This document shows, piece by piece, positions 8,794 to 18,999 of a stretch of 33,538 nt of DNA. A model generated the notes under the pieces. That model searched no databases, was not told where the DNA came from, and saw only the letters and a program-made list of their open reading frames with translations. This DNA comes from Macrostomum lignano (Eukaryota). The translations under genes were made by a program, and so were the position numbers. How positions within the stretch are numbered: the stretch's first letter is position 1; each line of letters begins with the position of its first letter. The stretch covers positions 1 through 33,538 of the forward strand of contig NIVC01004846.1 of assembly GCA_002269645.1 (NCBI GenBank), written 5' to 3'.

Positions 8794-9473
8794 TTGAGAA
8801 GCGAGCAGCTGCGGTTTGCAAGGTGACCAACGTCAACTTCAAGTATAGCTAGCTGGCTGTACATCCTCATTAGAAAAACTATCTAGATATGTCCTAAAGG
8901 GCACTTCTTCTTATTTAACCGCTTATTGGAGCAGTGCAGCTCTACAAGGAACATTGGTGCATATCTAGCCTCTAGTTGGATGTGCTGGACAACGAAATCT
9001 AGAGGATGCTATATCAAGCCAAATGCAAGTAATGCCCCCTTTCTCTGTCTGCAACTGCTGATCTAACACAAAACATCCTAAGCATATAGGGAAACAGAGA
9101 GCATTTAAAGAACGAGAGCCGAAAACACCTGCTTGCTTTAAAAATACTGTCCAATATGTAATTAGGAAATGCTACTGTAATTATTCTACAATCAAACAAC
9201 TTTTTTCAAAGGATCAATTTACAACTATAAGCTTTCGTCAGCACGTGAGTAAGGTTAGTACAGTACAGAATACAGTAAGTAACCTAATTGCAGTTTCAGA
9301 GCTGGATGCAGCGACTCTTTAGCCCTAACAAAGACGATACGCTAATGCGGACAGATTATAGTATACTGTACAGGTATAGAGAGAGCTCAGAGTTCCACTC
9401 AGTCACGCCAATAGTAGGCCTGGCTGTCATGCGGTGCAGAGCACACCTAACAATTGATCTCTCTGAAATCGCA

Positions 9474-9614
9474 TCACTTCTTCTGACCGGCCTTGGCGGC
9501 AGCGCCACCAGCCTGCTGTTGTTGTTGCTGCTGCTTTTGCTGCTTGGCGTCCTTGTTGGCATCGGCTGCCTGCTGCTTGCCGGCTCCCTGCTGCTGGTTC
9601 TGCTTGGCTGGCAT
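9474..9614 (-). CDS. Micropeptide gene B, copy 1 (46 aa, MPAKQNQQQGAGKQQAADANKDAKQQKQQQQQQQAGGAAAKAGQKK)
   Basis: Start context CACAGA-ATG, stop TGA. It is a paralog of gene A. The ORF-track entry 9474..9677 extends it upstream only through a TTG start. Confidence 0.75.
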   Translation of the reverse strand: MPAKQNQQQGAGKQQAADANKDAKQQKQQQQQQQAGGAAAKAGQKK

Positions 9615-9652
9615 TCTGTGTTTTGCTTTTTGTGCTTGAAAGCTGCTTAGAG

Positions 9653-9659
9653 CTGCAAT
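9653..9659 (-). promoter_or_regulatory. Candidate 3' splice acceptor ATTGCAG, 38 nt upstream of gene B ATG (repeated in each unit)
   Basis: It follows TGACTTGCTTACTGTCGCCCCG. A possible donor GTGAGC at 9693 would give a 41-nt intron. Confidence 0.5.
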
Positions 9660-10501
9660 CGGGGCGACAGTAAGCAAGTCATATAGTGCTCACACAACAA
9701 CAACACACACACAGCAGCGAACGAAGTCTGCGTGCATCTTAATCAAGTAGCTAGCTAGAATTTTTAAGTGCTACCAACCAGAGTATAACTTAGCTAAATA
9801 CCAAAGGAATTTCACTCTTTCTACTCATACAACTAATGATCGACGCTGGTTGCATTGATAAACCTGATGACCTGACCAGCTCGCAAGGGATGCCTAGAAA
9901 TTATACATTTACGAGCCGTATACTCCATTTCCACAGATTAGTCTACAAAAGCCCAGTAGCTAATTATTGCACTGCAAAATGTCTAACTCTTATACATAAA
10001 CTGAAACAGCCCCACTGTCAGCCTGTGAGCGAGAGGCCCCTAAGCCTTGAGGAGCATGAAACTATATACGTGACTAGGAAGCAGCAAAAATATTGGTAAA
10101 AGTAGAGCTCAAGCCGAAAAACGATTGTTGGTTGTTGCAACAACTTTGTAAGTAACTGATGCACCCAGTACAACAATGTAATTTACGACAAGTACATGAC
10201 TGCCCGTCAGAACAGAGCAGCTGGTACCATAGTATAGAGCATGGCTGACAGGCTACGATTTACGTACTGTATAAAATGCGTCTGCGCTTTACAGTGCAGA
10301 GCTGTAGAGACTGCAGTTGTGTAGTATGTAATAACTGAGTATGATGCAACATTGATTAGTATCCGGCCAGCACATGTAATTACAATTCGCTATAAGTTGC
10401 AGTTTGATCAGCAGGCATCCAGCAACTCGTACAGGTCGGTAGGAGCGCCGCGATCAAGCCAGCATACAGGTTGGTATAGCGCGATCCGCAACGCACATCG
10501 A

Positions 10502-10627
10502 TCACTTCTTCTTATGACCGCCCTTGGCAGCGGCCTGCTCGCCCTCGGCTTTTTCCGGCTGCTGCTTGGCGGCGTCCTTGTTGGCATCGGCGGCCTTCTT
10601 GTCGGCGGCGGCTTTCTTGGCAGGCAT
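10502..10627 (-). CDS. Micropeptide gene A, copy 2 (type I, 41 aa)
   Basis: Same CDS as copy 1, shifted by 1877 bp. Confidence 0.72.
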   Translation of the reverse strand: MPAKKAAADKKAADANKDAAKQQPEKAEGEQAAAKGGHKKK

Positions 10628-11350
10628 GTTTGTCTGTTGAGATTAGGAAGCTGATGCTTGAAGCTGCAATTTGAGAAGCGAGCAGCTGCGGTTTGCAAGG
10701 TGACCAACGTCAACTTCAAGTATAGCTAGCTGGCTGTACATCCTCATTAGAAAAACTATCTAGATATGTCCTAAAGGGCACTTCTTCTTATTTAACCGCT
10801 TATTGGAGCAGTGCAGCTCTACAAGGAACATTGGTGCATATCTAGCCTCTAGTTGGATGTGCTGGACAACGAAATCTAGAGGATGCTATATCAAGCCAAA
10901 TGCAAGTAATGCCCCCTTTCTCTGTCTGCAACTGCTGATCTAACACAAAACATCCTAAGCATATAGGGAAACAGAGAGCATTTAAAGAACGAGAGCCGAA
11001 AACACCTGCTTGCTTTAAAAATACTGTCCAATATGTAATTAGGAAATGCTACTGTAATTATTCTACAATCAAACAACTTTTTTCAAAGGATCAATTTACA
11101 ACTATAAGCTTTCGTCAGCACGTGAGTAAGGTTAGTACAGTACAGAATACAGTAAGTAACCTAATTGCAGTTTCAGAGCTGGATGCAGCGACTCTTTAGC
11201 CCTAACAAAGACGATACGCTAATGCGGACAGATTATAGTATACTGTACAGGTATAGAGAGAGCTCAGAGTTCCACTCAGTCACGCCAATAGTAGGCCTGG
11301 CTGTCATGCGGTGCAGAGCACACCTAACAATTGATCTCTCTGAAATCGCA

Positions 11351-11491
11351 TCACTTCTTCTGACCGGCCTTGGCGGCAGCGCCACCAGCCTGCTGTTGTT
11401 GTTGCTGCTGCTTTTGCTGCTTGGCGTCCTTGTTGGCATCGGCTGCCTGCTGCTTGCCGGCTCCCTGCTGCTGGTTCTGCTTGGCTGGCAT
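11351..11491 (-). CDS. Micropeptide gene B, copy 2
   Basis: Same 46-aa ORF as copy 1. Confidence 0.72.
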   Translation of the reverse strand: MPAKQNQQQGAGKQQAADANKDAKQQKQQQQQQQAGGAAAKAGQKK

Positions 11492-12378
11492 TCTGTGTTT
11501 TGCTTTTTGTGCTTGAAAGCTGCTTAGAGCTGCAATCGGGGCGACAGTAAGCAAGTCATATAGTGCTCACACAACAACAACACACACACAGCAGCGAACG
11601 AAGTCTGCGTGCATCTTAATCAAGTAGCTAGCTAGAATTTTTAAGTGCTACCAACCAGAGTATAACTTAGCTAAATACCAAAGGAATTTCACTCTTTCTA
11701 CTCATACAACTAATGATCGACGCTGGTTGCATTGATAAACCTGATGACCTGACCAGCTCGCAAGGGATGCCTAGAAATTATACATTTACGAGCCGTATAC
11801 TCCATTTCCACAGATTAGTCTACAAAAGCCCAGTAGCTAATTATTGCACTGCAAAATGTCTAACTCTTATACATAAACTGAAACAGCCCCACTGTCAGCC
11901 TGTGAGCGAGAGGCCCCTAAGCCTTGAGGAGCATGAAACTATATACGTGACTAGGAAGCAGCAAAAATATTGGTAAAAGTAGAGCTCAAGCCGAAAAACG
12001 ATTGTTGGTTGTTGCAACAACTTTGTAAGTAACTGATGCACCCAGTACAACAATGTAATTTACGACAAGTACATGACTGCCCGTCAGAACAGAGCAGCTG
12101 GTACCATAGTATAGAGCATGGCTGACAGGCTACGATTTACGTACTGTATAAAATGCGTCTGCGCTTTACAGTGCAGAGCTGTAGAGACTGCAGTTGTGTA
12201 GTATGTAATAACTGAGTATGATGCAACATTGATTAGTATCCGGCCAGCACATGTAATTACAATTCGCTATAAGTTGCAGTTTGATCAGCAGGCATCCAGC
12301 AACTCGTACAGGTCGGTAGGAGCGCCGCGATCAAGCCAGCATACAGGTTGGTATAGCGCGATCCGCAACGCACATCGA

Positions 12379-12504
12379 TCACTTCTTCTTATGACCGCCC
12401 TTGGCAGCGGCCTGCTCGCCCTCGGCTTTTTCCGGCTGCTGCTTGGCGGCGTCCTTGTTGGCATCGGCGGCCTTCTTGTCGGCGGCGGCTTTCTTGGCAG
12501 GCAT
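12379..12504 (-). CDS. Micropeptide gene A, copy 3 (type I)
   Basis: Same CDS as copy 1. Confidence 0.72.
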   Translation of the reverse strand: MPAKKAAADKKAADANKDAAKQQPEKAEGEQAAAKGGHKKK

Positions 12505-13227
12505 GTTTGTCTGTTGAGATTAGGAAGCTGATGCTTGAAGCTGCAATTTGAGAAGCGAGCAGCTGCGGTTTGCAAGGTGACCAACGTCAACTTCAAGTAT
12601 AGCTAGCTGGCTGTACATCCTCATTAGAAAAACTATCTAGATATGTCCTAAAGGGCACTTCTTCTTATTTAACCGCTTATTGGAGCAGTGCAGCTCTACA
12701 AGGAACATTGGTGCATATCTAGCCTCTAGTTGGATGTGCTGGACAACGAAATCTAGAGGATGCTATATCAAGCCAAATGCAAGTAATGCCCCCTTTCTCT
12801 GTCTGCAACTGCTGATCTAACACAAAACATCCTAAGCATATAGGGAAACAGAGAGCATTTAAAGAACGAGAGCCGAAAACACCTGCTTGCTTTAAAAATA
12901 CTGTCCAATATGTAATTAGGAAATGCTACTGTAATTATTCTACAATCAAACAACTTTTTTCAAAGGATCAATTTACAACTATAAGCTTTCGTCAGCACGT
13001 GAGTAAGGTTAGTACAGTACAGAATACAGTAAGTAACCTAATTGCAGTTTCAGAGCTGGATGCAGCGACTCTTTAGCCCTAACAAAGACGATACGCTAAT
13101 GCGGACAGATTATAGTATACTGTACAGGTATAGAGAGAGCTCAGAGTTCCACTCAGTCACGCCAATAGTAGGCCTGGCTGTCATGCGGTGCAGAGCACAC
13201 CTAACAATTGATCTCTCTGAAATCGCA

Positions 13228-13368
13228 TCACTTCTTCTGACCGGCCTTGGCGGCAGCGCCACCAGCCTGCTGTTGTTGTTGCTGCTGCTTTTGCTGCTTG
13301 GCGTCCTTGTTGGCATCGGCTGCCTGCTGCTTGCCGGCTCCCTGCTGCTGGTTCTGCTTGGCTGGCAT
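13228..13368 (-). CDS. Micropeptide gene B, copy 3
   Basis: Same 46-aa ORF as copy 1. Confidence 0.72.
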   Translation of the reverse strand: MPAKQNQQQGAGKQQAADANKDAKQQKQQQQQQQAGGAAAKAGQKK

Positions 13369-14255
13369 TCTGTGTTTTGCTTTTTGTGCTTGAAAGCTGC
13401 TTAGAGCTGCAATCGGGGCGACAGTAAGCAAGTCATATAGTGCTCACACAACAACAACACACACACAGCAGCGAACGAAGTCTGCGTGCATCTTAATCAA
13501 GTAGCTAGCTAGAATTTTTAAGTGCTACCAACCAGAGTATAACTTAGCTAAATACCAAAGGAATTTCACTCTTTCTACTCATACAACTAATGATCGACGC
13601 TGGTTGCATTGATAAACCTGATGACCTGACCAGCTCGCAAGGGATGCCTAGAAATTATACATTTACGAGCCGTATACTCCATTTCCACAGATTAGTCTAC
13701 AAAAGCCCAGTAGCTAATTATTGCACTGCAAAATGTCTAACTCTTATACATAAACTGAAACAGCCCCACTGTCAGCCTGTGAGCGAGAGGCCCCTAAGCC
13801 TTGAGGAGCATGAAACTATATACGTGACTAGGAAGCAGCAAAAATATTGGTAAAAGTAGAGCTCAAGCCGAAAAACGATTGTTGGTTGTTGCAACAACTT
13901 TGTAAGTAACTGATGCACCCAGTACAACAATGTAATTTACGACAAGTACATGACTGCCCGTCAGAACAGAGCAGCTGGTACCATAGTATAGAGCATGGCT
14001 GACAGGCTACGATTTACGTACTGTATAAAATGCGTCTGCGCTTTACAGTGCAGAGCTGTAGAGACTGCAGTTGTGTAGTATGTAATAACTGAGTATGATG
14101 CAACATTGATTAGTATCCGGCCAGCACATGTAATTACAATTCGCTATAAGTTGCAGTTTGATCAGCAGGCATCCAGCAACTCGTACAGGTCGGTAGGAGC
14201 GCCGCGATCAAGCCAGCATACAGGTTGGTATAGCGCGATCCGCAACGCACATCGA

Positions 14256-14381
14256 TCACTTCTTCTTATGACCGCCCTTGGCAGCGGCCTGCTCGCCCTC
14301 GGCTTTTTCCGGCTGCTGCTTGGCGGCGTCCTTGTTGGCATCGGCGGCCTTCTTGTCGGCGGCGGCTTTCTTGGCAGGCAT
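14256..14381 (-). CDS. Micropeptide gene A, copy 4 (type I)
   Basis: Same CDS as copy 1. Confidence 0.72.
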   Translation of the reverse strand: MPAKKAAADKKAADANKDAAKQQPEKAEGEQAAAKGGHKKK

Positions 14382-15104
14382 GTTTGTCTGTTGAGATTAG
14401 GAAGCTGATGCTTGAAGCTGCAATTTGAGAAGCGAGCAGCTGCGGTTTGCAAGGTGACCAACGTCAACTTCAAGTATAGCTAGCTGGCTGTACATCCTCA
14501 TTAGAAAAACTATCTAGATATGTCCTAAAGGGCACTTCTTCTTATTTAACCGCTTATTGGAGCAGTGCAGCTCTACAAGGAACATTGGTGCATATCTAGC
14601 CTCTAGTTGGATGTGCTGGACAACGAAATCTAGAGGATGCTATATCAAGCCAAATGCAAGTAATGCCCCCTTTCTCTGTCTGCAACTGCTGATCTAACAC
14701 AAAACATCCTAAGCATATAGGGAAACAGAGAGCATTTAAAGAACGAGAGCCGAAAACACCTGCTTGCTTTAAAAATACTGTCCAATATGTAATTAGGAAA
14801 TGCTACTGTAATTATTCTACAATCAAACAACTTTTTTCAAAGGATCAATTTACAACTATAAGCTTTCGTCAGCACGTGAGTAAGGTTAGTACAGTACAGA
14901 ATACAGTAAGTAACCTAATTGCAGTTTCAGAGCTGGATGCAGCGACTCTTTAGCCCTAACAAAGACGATACGCTAATGCGGACAGATTATAGTATACTGT
15001 ACAGGTATAGAGAGAGCTCAGAGTTCCACTCAGTCACGCCAATAGTAGGCCTGGCTGTCATGCGGTGCAGAGCACACCTAACAATTGATCTCTCTGAAAT
15101 CGCA

Positions 15105-15245
15105 TCACTTCTTCTGACCGGCCTTGGCGGCAGCGCCACCAGCCTGCTGTTGTTGTTGCTGCTGCTTTTGCTGCTTGGCGTCCTTGTTGGCATCGGCTGC
15201 CTGCTGCTTGCCGGCTCCCTGCTGCTGGTTCTGCTTGGCTGGCAT
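15105..15245 (-). CDS. Micropeptide gene B, copy 4
   Basis: Same 46-aa ORF as copy 1. Confidence 0.72.
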   Translation of the reverse strand: MPAKQNQQQGAGKQQAADANKDAKQQKQQQQQQQAGGAAAKAGQKK

Positions 15246-16132
15246 TCTGTGTTTTGCTTTTTGTGCTTGAAAGCTGCTTAGAGCTGCAATCGGGGCGACA
15301 GTAAGCAAGTCATATAGTGCTCACACAACAACAACACACACACAGCAGCGAACGAAGTCTGCGTGCATCTTAATCAAGTAGCTAGCTAGAATTTTTAAGT
15401 GCTACCAACCAGAGTATAACTTAGCTAAATACCAAAGGAATTTCACTCTTTCTACTCATACAACTAATGATCGACGCTGGTTGCATTGATAAACCTGATG
15501 ACCTGACCAGCTCGCAAGGGATGCCTAGAAATTATACATTTACGAGCCGTATACTCCATTTCCACAGATTAGTCTACAAAAGCCCAGTAGCTAATTATTG
15601 CACTGCAAAATGTCTAACTCTTATACATAAACTGAAACAGCCCCACTGTCAGCCTGTGAGCGAGAGGCCCCTAAGCCTTGAGGAGCATGAAACTATATAC
15701 GTGACTAGGAAGCAGCAAAAATATTGGTAAAAGTAGAGCTCAAGCCGAAAAACGATTGTTGGTTGTTGCAACAACTTTGTAAGTAACTGATGCACCCAGT
15801 ACAACAATGTAATTTACGACAAGTACATGACTGCCCGTCAGAACAGAGCAGCTGGTACCATAGTATAGAGCATGGCTGACAGGCTACGATTTACGTACTG
15901 TATAAAATGCGTCTGCGCTTTACAGTGCAGAGCTGTAGAGACTGCAGTTGTGTAGTATGTAATAACTGAGTATGATGCAACATTGATTAGTATCCGGCCA
16001 GCACATGTAATTACAATTCGCTATAAGTTGCAGTTTGATCAGCAGGCATCCAGCAACTCGTACAGGTCGGTAGGAGCGCCGCGATCAAGCCAGCATACAG
16101 GTTGGTATAGCGCGATCCGCAACGCACATCGA

Positions 16133-16258
16133 TCACTTCTTCTTATGACCGCCCTTGGCAGCGGCCTGCTCGCCCTCGGCTTTTTCCGGCTGCTGCTTGG
16201 CGGCGTCCTTGTTGGCATCGGCGGCCTTCTTGTCGGCGGCGGCTTTCTTGGCAGGCAT
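16133..16258 (-). CDS. Micropeptide gene A, copy 5 (type I)
   Basis: Same CDS as copy 1. Confidence 0.72.
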   Translation of the reverse strand: MPAKKAAADKKAADANKDAAKQQPEKAEGEQAAAKGGHKKK

Positions 16259-16981
16259 GTTTGTCTGTTGAGATTAGGAAGCTGATGCTTGAAGCTGCAA
16301 TTTGAGAAGCGAGCAGCTGCGGTTTGCAAGGTGACCAACGTCAACTTCAAGTATAGCTAGCTGGCTGTACATCCTCATTAGAAAAACTATCTAGATATGT
16401 CCTAAAGGGCACTTCTTCTTATTTAACCGCTTATTGGAGCAGTGCAGCTCTACAAGGAACATTGGTGCATATCTAGCCTCTAGTTGGATGTGCTGGACAA
16501 CGAAATCTAGAGGATGCTATATCAAGCCAAATGCAAGTAATGCCCCCTTTCTCTGTCTGCAACTGCTGATCTAACACAAAACATCCTAAGCATATAGGGA
16601 AACAGAGAGCATTTAAAGAACGAGAGCCGAAAACACCTGCTTGCTTTAAAAATACTGTCCAATATGTAATTAGGAAATGCTACTGTAATTATTCTACAAT
16701 CAAACAACTTTTTTCAAAGGATCAATTTACAACTATAAGCTTTCGTCAGCACGTGAGTAAGGTTAGTACAGTACAGAATACAGTAAGTAACCTAATTGCA
16801 GTTTCAGAGCTGGATGCAGCGACTCTTTAGCCCTAACAAAGACGATACGCTAATGCGGACAGATTATAGTATACTGTACAGGTATAGAGAGAGCTCAGAG
16901 TTCCACTCAGTCACGCCAATAGTAGGCCTGGCTGTCATGCGGTGCAGAGCACACCTAACAATTGATCTCTCTGAAATCGCA

Positions 16982-17122
16982 TCACTTCTTCTGACCGGCC
17001 TTGGCGGCAGCGCCACCAGCCTGCTGTTGTTGTTGCTGCTGCTTTTGCTGCTTGGCGTCCTTGTTGGCATCGGCTGCCTGCTGCTTGCCGGCTCCCTGCT
17101 GCTGGTTCTGCTTGGCTGGCAT
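16982..17122 (-). CDS. Micropeptide gene B, copy 5
   Basis: Same 46-aa ORF as copy 1. Confidence 0.72.
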   Translation of the reverse strand: MPAKQNQQQGAGKQQAADANKDAKQQKQQQQQQQAGGAAAKAGQKK

Positions 17123-18009
17123 TCTGTGTTTTGCTTTTTGTGCTTGAAAGCTGCTTAGAGCTGCAATCGGGGCGACAGTAAGCAAGTCATATAGTGCTCA
17201 CACAACAACAACACACACACAGCAGCGAACGAAGTCTGCGTGCATCTTAATCAAGTAGCTAGCTAGAATTTTTAAGTGCTACCAACCAGAGTATAACTTA
17301 GCTAAATACCAAAGGAATTTCACTCTTTCTACTCATACAACTAATGATCGACGCTGGTTGCATTGATAAACCTGATGACCTGACCAGCTCGCAAGGGATG
17401 CCTAGAAATTATACATTTACGAGCCGTATACTCCATTTCCACAGATTAGTCTACAAAAGCCCAGTAGCTAATTATTGCACTGCAAAATGTCTAACTCTTA
17501 TACATAAACTGAAACAGCCCCACTGTCAGCCTGTGAGCGAGAGGCCCCTAAGCCTTGAGGAGCATGAAACTATATACGTGACTAGGAAGCAGCAAAAATA
17601 TTGGTAAAAGTAGAGCTCAAGCCGAAAAACGATTGTTGGTTGTTGCAACAACTTTGTAAGTAACTGATGCACCCAGTACAACAATGTAATTTACGACAAG
17701 TACATGACTGCCCATCAGAACAGAGCAGATGGTACCATAGTATAGAGCATGGCTGACAGGCTACGATTTACGTACTGTATAAAATGCGTCTGCGCTTTAC
17801 AGTGCAGAGCTGTAGAGACTGCAGTTGTGTAGTATGTAATAACTGAGTATGATGCAACATTGATTAGTATCCGGCCAGCACATGTAATTACAATTCGCTA
17901 TAAGTTGCAGTTTGATCAGCAGGCATCCAGCAACTCGTACAGGTCGGTAGGAGCGCCGCGATCAAGCCAGCATACAGGTTGGTATAGCGCGATCCGCAAC
18001 GCACATCGA

Positions 18010-18135
18010 TCACTTCTTCTTATGACCGCCCTTGGCAGCGGCCTGCTCGCCCTCGGCTTTTTCCGGCTGCTGCTTGGCGGCGTCCTTGTTGGCATCGGCG
18101 GCCTTCTTGTCGGCGGCGGCTTTCTTGGCAGGCAT
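18010..18135 (-). CDS. Micropeptide gene A, copy 6 (type I)
   Basis: Same CDS as copy 1. Confidence 0.72.
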   Translation of the reverse strand: MPAKKAAADKKAADANKDAAKQQPEKAEGEQAAAKGGHKKK

Positions 18136-18858
18136 GTTTGTCTGTTGAGATTAGGAAGCTGATGCTTGAAGCTGCAATTTGAGAAGCGAGCAGCTGCGGT
18201 TTGCAAGGTGACCAACGTCAACTTCAAGTATAGCTAGCTGGCTGTACATCCTCATTAGAAAAACTATCTAGATATGTCCTAAAGGGCACTTCTTCTTATT
18301 TAACCGCTTATTGGAGCAGTGCAGCTCTACAAGGAACATTGGTGCATATCTAGCCTCTAGTTGGATGTGCTGGACAACGAAATCTAGAGGATGCTATATC
18401 AAGCCAAATGCAAGTAATGCCCCCTTTCTCTGTCTGCAACTGCTGATCTAACACAAAACATCCTAAGCATATAGGGAAACAGAGAGCATTTAAAGAACGA
18501 GAGCCGAAAACACCTGCTTGCTTTAAAAATACTGTCCAATATGTAATTAGGAAATGCTACTGTAATTATTCTACAATCAAACAACTTTTTTCAAAGGATC
18601 AATTTACAACTATAAGCTTTCGTCAGCACGTGAGTAAGGTTAGTACAGTACAGAATACAGTAAGTAACCTAATTGCAGTTTCAGAGCTGGATGCAGCGAC
18701 TCTTTAGCCCTAACAAAGACGATACGCTAATGCGGACAGATTATAGTATACTGTACAGGTATAGAGAGAGCTCAGAGTTCCACTCAGTCACGCCAATAGT
18801 AGGCCTGGCTGTCATGCGGTGCAGAGCACACCTAACAATTGATCTCTCTGAAATCGCA

Positions 18859-18999
18859 TCACTTCTTCTGACCGGCCTTGGCGGCAGCGCCACCAGCCTG
18901 CTGTTGTTGTTGCTGCTGCTTTTGCTGCTTGGCGTCCTTGTTGGCATCGGCTGCCTGCTGCTTGCCGGCTCCCTGCTGCTGGTTCTGCTTGGCTGGCAT
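18859..18999 (-). CDS. Micropeptide gene B, copy 6
   Basis: Same 46-aa ORF as copy 1. Confidence 0.72.
   Translation of the reverse strand: MPAKQNQQQGAGKQQAADANKDAKQQKQQQQQQQAGGAAAKAGQKK

Noticed and set aside
8531-8842. 103-aa and 68-aa minus-strand P/R/S-rich ORFs overlapping genes A and B
   Set aside because: These are off-frame readings of the GC-rich micropeptide codons, with no independent signals.
9014-9199. 61-aa minus-strand ORF MFDCRII... in each unit
   Set aside because: It has no recognisable motif or codon bias, and is frameshifted in copy 8.
8625-9614. Assignment of the peptides to histone H1, HMGN, protamine or SERF/TMA7
   Set aside because: They lack the H1 globular domain, the HMGN RRSARLS motif and Arg/Cys richness, and I recognise no SERF or TMA7 motif. 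The similarity is compositional only, so no gene symbol is given.
9288-9650. 120-aa plus-strand ORF with poly-Leu
   Set aside because: It is the antisense shadow of the poly-Gln in gene B. A 4-bp insertion breaks its N-terminal frame in type II units.
9836-10099. 87-aa spacer ORF MIDAGCIDKP... present in most units
   Set aside because: Conservation just reflects the repeat. All five type I/II substitutions I checked are non-synonymous, a 1-bp insertion removes the first ATG from frame in copies 9-13, and copy 8 is frameshifted.
8353-10229. rDNA, 5S, tRNA, snRNA or histone gene content in the 1.87-kb unit
   Set aside because: I recognised no such sequence, Pol III box pair or histone 3' stem-loop. 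An Rfam scan has not been run.
8353-10229. Unit as tandem LTRs or a transposon
   Set aside because: I found no TG...CA termini, primer-binding site, TIRs, TSD or transposase/RT remnants.
10190-10262. Possible flatworm spliced-leader RNA gene (minus-strand CTATACTATG|GTACC)
   Set aside because: ATG|GT matches the flatworm leader end, but I see no CGGT-containing leader stem and no RAU(n)GR Sm site at a suitable distance. An Infernal search with SL RNA models would be decisive.
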